Positions 60,540 to 64,000 of a stretch of DNA of 64,000 bases are shown here, piece after piece. The DNA lies in the IMG/VR virus record IMGVR_UViG_3300008108_000011, positions 32,001 to 96,000 of that record; one strand, 5' to 3'. The translations under genes were made by a program, and so were the position numbers. The DNA is from a virus. Within the stretch, counting starts at the first letter, position 1. Every line of letters starts with the position of its first letter. Below the pieces are notes generated by a model. It was given only the letters and a program-made list of their open reading frames with translations, was not told the origin of the DNA and made no database searches.

Positions 60540-60725
60540 AAACTCAAAAATCTCAAAAAACTCAAAAATCTCAAAAACGACAAAACTGAGATTTCTGAGA
60601 ATTCTGTATTTCCAAGGTTTTTTGAGTTTTTTCGAATTTTAAAAAACTTAATTTTTTAGTTTTTTGAGATTTTTGAGACTTTTGAGAATTTTAAAGTCTT
60701 ATAATTATAACTTATCATTATAATA
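60540..60725. repeat. Iteron-like 9-bp-period repeats in inverted arrangement plus an AT-rich tract
   Basis: CTCAAAAA at 60543, 60552, 60561, 60570. (T/C)TTTTGAG ending at 60626, 60668, 60677, 60686. TTATAATTATAA palindrome near 60700. Confidence 0.75.
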
Positions 60726-60790
60726 AGGGTTACTAATCAATAAAGGGTTGACAAACCATCGAAAATACAGTATTATTACTAAGTAATCAA
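60723..60790 (+). promoter_or_regulatory. Early promoter, class A
   Basis: ATAAG-N5-CTAAT(60723-60737), TTGACA(60748)-17-TATTAT(60771), then TACTAAGTAATCAA. Confidence 0.8.
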
Positions 60791-60803
60791 TCAAAGACAT
60801 CGA

Positions 60804-61046
60804 ATGACTGTCAAAAACTACACTGATCTTCCTAGTTCTGCTATCAAAAACATCACTATTGATACTGTAAAGAACACTGTATCAGTAGAGTATACTACTG
60901 GTAACAAACAGTATACTTACAGCACCGAAGATGCTGAAGGTTTTGATCAGCAACTGCTGTCAGAATTCGACTCTGATGATATCTCAGTGGGTCGATTCAT
61001 GAATCAGAGCGTCACAAATGGCACTCTGAATCTGCTTGTTGACTGA
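60804..61046 (+). CDS. KTSC-domain-like small protein
   Basis: SSAIKNITID..TVSVEY..Y.Y..SVGRFMNQ resembles the KTSC pattern. Confidence 0.5.
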   Translation: MTVKNYTDLPSSAIKNITIDTVKNTVSVEYTTGNKQYTYSTEDAEGFDQQLLSEFDSDDISVGRFMNQSVTNGTLNLLVD

Positions 61047-61151
61047 CCCTACCACAGATAAATACGTTTGTCAAGGGGTAAAGACACCAATTTGGTTGTC
61101 AATATCCCTTCCAGACGATTCTAGACACCTCTCAGAGAACATTTCAAACCG

Positions 61152-61316
61152 ATGGCTAAATCCAAAGCAGGAAACTACAAGGATAATTTCTATAACGAAT
61201 TCGATGAATTCGAAGAGCATGAAGTAGAACAAAAGTATGGTGTGAAAGTGAAGAATATTGGTCGCACTCCAAAGAAACAGAAAAAGCTTAAATTTGATGG
61301 TGATTTTGAATGGTAA
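61152..61316 (+). CDS. Small hypothetical protein, 54 aa
   Basis: Hand translation MAKSKAGNYKDNFYNEF...KKLKFDGDFEW; late-type ATAAATA at 61058-61064. Confidence 0.55.
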   Translation: MAKSKAGNYKDNFYNEFDEFEEHEVEQKYGVKVKNIGRTPKKQKKLKFDGDFEW

Positions 61317-61329
61317 TCTAATAAAATAG

Positions 61330-61395
61330 TTTTCCACAGATATACTAAAACCTGTGGAAAACTTTCAATAGTTTTCCACAACCCTGTGGAAAACT
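61330..61395. repeat. Cluster of four DnaA-box-type 9-mers
   Basis: +61330-61338, -61353-61361, +61372-61380, -61385-61393. Confidence 0.75.
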
Positions 61396-61398
61396 CTC

Positions 61399-61490
61399 AT
61401 AAGCCCCCCTAATCAGACCCATAAGCAAAGGTGATGGTTAGGGGGGTTGACTTTTGCCCCGATCTGACCCATACTACCTAAGTCAACAGC
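61399..61490 (+). promoter_or_regulatory. Early promoter, class A (two upstream dyads)
   Basis: ATAAG-N5-CTAAT(61399) and ATAAG-N5-GTGAT(61421), TTGACT(61447)-17-CATACT(61470). Confidence 0.7.
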
Positions 61491-61499
61491 AAACGACCC

Positions 61500-61811
61500 A
61501 TGCGCCTCATCGAACGCCAAATGAACGCTGCTATCACCAACAGCAAAGATTGGCAGAAAGACAATACCATGGTGAGCAACGCTGATGGTGTTTCTTTCGT
61601 GTTTCTTCATGGTAACTGTATCGCCCAGATTGGTGATACGTTTGTGCGACTGTTTGATGGTGGTTGGCAAACTAACACCACCAAATCTCGCCTGAATGCT
61701 ATCCTGACTGCACACGGCAACGGTGAGCGTGTTTTCCAGAAGAATTTCAATTGGTTTGTTAGCACTGCTGCAGGCGATGTTGAGTTCGAATCTGGTATGC
61801 TTCTCGCCTGA
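61500..61811 (+). CDS. Conserved phage early protein, 103 aa
   Basis: FLHGNCIA..DGGWQTNTTKSRLNAIL motif recurs in phages. Confidence 0.7.
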   Translation: MRLIERQMNAAITNSKDWQKDNTMVSNADGVSFVFLHGNCIAQIGDTFVRLFDGGWQTNTTKSRLNAILTAHGNGERVFQKNFNWFVSTAAGDVEFESGMLLA

Positions 61812-62083
61812 ACTTTACACTACATACTAACTGAAACCCATGGAGGATTACATGACCATTTCTGAAATGTATCAAGAGATTGTTGATCAAGAGGTGGCAG
61901 ACATTTTCCTTGATAGTGATAGTTTGATCGTTGACGATTATGCTCTCGAAGATGTAATCGAAGAGGTCTACGATTTGTAATACAAACTGATCAGCCGCCC
62001 GACCAGTTGGGGAACTGTCACACCACTGGTCGCCGCGGCCACCCCCTGCCCTTATACTATAGAAGTCAAACGCACCGAGACCT

Positions 62084-62432
62084 ATGTGGGATGAGATCCA
62101 AGACATGCCTGGTGAGATCTTCGATATCGAAGATTGGGGGCACCCCCTAGCAGAGTGCTGGCACGATATGGAGCTGAATGTGCCAGATGAAGAGGTGGCA
62201 CAGGAGGGGTGACCCTCCCCCCTCTCCTGCCTCTATACTGATCAAGTCAACCACACACGAGACCATGACCCGCTTCGAAGTTTACGTGCCCTCTGCCCCT
62301 TACGAGTCCGAGAGCACCTGGGATCTCGATCGTGCCTGGGATCTGTGCCTCTCGCTGAGCGAGGAGTTCGGATACGCTCAGGTTCGCCAGGATGGTATCA
62401 TCCTGGGAGACTACACCAACGGGGGTGTGTGA
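62084..62432 (+). other. Two mini-CDSs (62084-62212, 42 aa acidic; 62265-62432, 55 aa)
   Basis: Each follows its own class B promoter. Confidence 0.6.
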
Positions 62433-62512
62433 CACTCTAGAAACTGGCACAAGGGGTCACCACAGACCCCACCCTGACCCTCTATACTGATCAAGTCAAC
62501 CAAACAAAGCAA

Positions 62513-62941
62513 ATGACCGTGACTCTGACCTCCAACTATCGTGACATGCTCGCTGCTGCCACTGTTGAGAAGATCGATGAATTGCTCGATGAGAACTATG
62601 CTCTCGATGACATGCTCGAATTCATCGATGAGCGTAATGAGAACGATTTTGTAGCATACTATGAAGAGTATTGCCGTTGTGGTGAAGCAATCGGTTACGA
62701 TGCTGTAGATGCTCTCATCGATGAGATGGGGTGCGTTTCTGACATCGAAGGGTGTGATGATCGCTTCCGTGGTTGGTATGAATCGACCGCTGATTTCGCT
62801 GAAGAGTTTTATACTGATACCTACGATGTTCCCTCTGCATTGGTGATCGATTGGGAGGCAACTTACGATAGCACCCTCCGCTACGATTACACTGCCTGTG
62901 AGAAAGGTTATCGTCAGGTGGCGATCTTCTCTGATTACTGA
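62513..62941 (+). CDS. ArdA-like acidic antirestriction (DNA-mimic) protein
   Basis: About a quarter of residues are D/E. C-terminal FRGWYESTADFAEEF..DVP..IDWEA resembles the ArdA C-terminal domain. Confidence 0.55.
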   Translation: MTVTLTSNYRDMLAAATVEKIDELLDENYALDDMLEFIDERNENDFVAYYEEYCRCGEAIGYDAVDALIDEMGCVSDIEGCDDRFRGWYESTADFAEEFYTDTYDVPSALVIDWEATYDSTLRYDYTACEKGYRQVAIFSDY

Positions 62942-63023
62942 GTGACAGTCTGAGAGGTGGCACACGCTGCCTCTCAGCACCCCATCCTAGCCCCTATACT
63001 GATCTCAGTTCAAACGACACACG

Positions 63024-63224
63024 ATGTTCAAGGCATTCACCCTCGGATCTACCGCCATCAGCAAGATGACCGCCGATCCTATCACGGGCACCGTTCGCGT
63101 TCGCTTTCGTGGGGGCACTAAGTTCTACCGCTTCGAGAACGTCTCCCGTCGCGCCATCGTGGCGATGCTGCTGCGCCCTCCCGTGAGCATGGGCCAGTGG
63201 GTAAACCGTCACTGCCTCGCCTGA
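63024..63224 (+). CDS. KTSC-like small protein (second copy)
   Basis: STAISKMTAD..GTVRVRF.GG..YRFENVSRRAI..SMGQWVN. Confidence 0.45.
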   Translation: MFKAFTLGSTAISKMTADPITGTVRVRFRGGTKFYRFENVSRRAIVAMLLRPPVSMGQWVNRHCLA

Positions 63225-63269
63225 TCAGGTCGCCTGACCCTGTAGACTAATCACATCAGCAAACAACCC

Positions 63270-64000
63270 ATGAGAATCGAAGTTCGTTACCAGACTCCCT
63301 ACAATGCTTGTGAGTGGCGCTCGCAGTGGTTTAAGGATCTGGCAGAGGCAGAGCGTATGGTAGAATTCTATCGCTCCTGTGGGTCACCCTCTCACATCGC
63401 CCCTTCCTCCCTCGCTCAGTTCGATCGCTGATTCTACCATGCCGAACCTCATCCGCCTTTCCCTGGTCGCCGCCATCTGCCTGATGTTCGCCAACACCCT
63501 AGGATCGGTGTTCGCCCTAGCCCAGACCCTAGACCGTGTGACAGCCGAGAAGGTGGCACAGATCGCCGCCATCGACTGACCCCGACCCTGTAGACTGATC
63601 TCAGTTCAAACAAAGCAAATGACCAACCCCAAGATCGACCTCGCCGCCATCATGGCAGACTACACCACCCGCTACAATGAGATGCAGGCACGGTCTGCCG
63701 CCAACCGCCAGGCATTCGCTGAGGGTCGCCCCTTCCCCTTCCCCGCCCCCGAGTGCCAGTCTGACACCTGGAACATCAGCGACCGCCACTGAGCGGCGCT
63801 GCCTGTAGAATTCTCTCAGTTCAACCGACAGACGACCGATGATCCTCAGCATGGCATCCGACCTTCAGACCCGCCGCATCGTGTGGGCAGGTCGCAAGAC
63901 AGAGACCGCACAGCAGACCATGGGGCAAGATCTGCCCCTGACCGTAGAGAGTGAGTGGATCGCGGGCGCTTACTCTGACCGCTGGCATGATGAGGCGATC
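63270..64000 (+). other. Four mini-CDSs (63270-63431, 63439-63579 TM, 63619-63792, 63839->64000 partial)
   Basis: Hand-translated GC-rich ORFs; three of the four have their own class B promoter. Confidence 0.55.

Larger units (their letters stand above)
62000..63830 (+). promoter_or_regulatory. Array of seven class B early promoters with a GTGNCA-N10-TGNCAC dyad 30-32 nt upstream of the -10
   Basis: Dyads start at 62000, 62180, 62429, 62942, 63191, 63538, 63753. The -10 boxes are at 62053, 62234, 62483, 62995, 63243, 63591, 63806. Confidence 0.8.

Noticed and set aside
60344-61395. CRISPR array or transposon/MITE ends
   Set aside because: There is no regular repeat-spacer period, no cas or transposase gene, and no target-site duplication seen.
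62196-63559. sigma54 promoters suggested by TGGCAC
   Set aside because: No TTGC -12 element follows at the required spacing, cyanobacteria lack sigma54, and each TGGCAC is half of a palindrome upstream of a sigma70-type -10.
332-63852. Minus-strand ORFs in the six-frame track
   Set aside because: They are antisense shadows of + strand genes, with no recognisable motifs or minus-strand promoter/RBS pattern.
1-64000. Introns, inteins, homing endonucleases, integrase, photosystem genes
   Set aside because: No HNH, GIY-YIG, LAGLIDADG, intein, recombinase or psbA/hli motifs were recognised by eye. Divergent members could have been missed.

Overview
This is a 64-kb segment of a T4-like cyanobacterial myovirus (Kyanoviridae-like; the cp12 and cpeT genes point to a cyanophage). 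Every credible gene is on the + strand. About 1-14.2 kb is the baseplate module: gp26 (5' partial), gp51, three large paralogous hub/tape-measure-like proteins (two carry an M23 peptidase or a lytic transglycosylase), a gp27-like hub, cp12, and a gp5 split into two genes. About 14.3-15.6 kb holds three tRNAs and cpeT. About 15.6-37.7 kb holds a ~4045-aa structural/fibre protein plus tail-collar and Gly-rich/Ig-like fibre genes. About 37.7-53.3 kb is accessory: 2OG-Fe(II) oxygenases, a fibre-chaperone-like gene, a putative nuclease paired with an N4-cytosine methyltransferase, a split carbamoyltransferase, RlpA, a QueG-like Fe-S protein next to a thioredoxin, and many small ORFs, including a chain of overlapping genes. 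About 53.3-64 kb is the early region: near-consensus sigma70 promoters with two classes of upstream dyad motif, a ParB-like protein, an SF2 helicase, an origin-like locus (7 DnaA-type boxes, 9-bp iterons, an AT-rich tract), two KTSC-like genes, an ArdA-like protein and a GC-rich array of promoter-plus-minigene cassettes. Protein family calls come from motif recognition by eye; no database searches were run.
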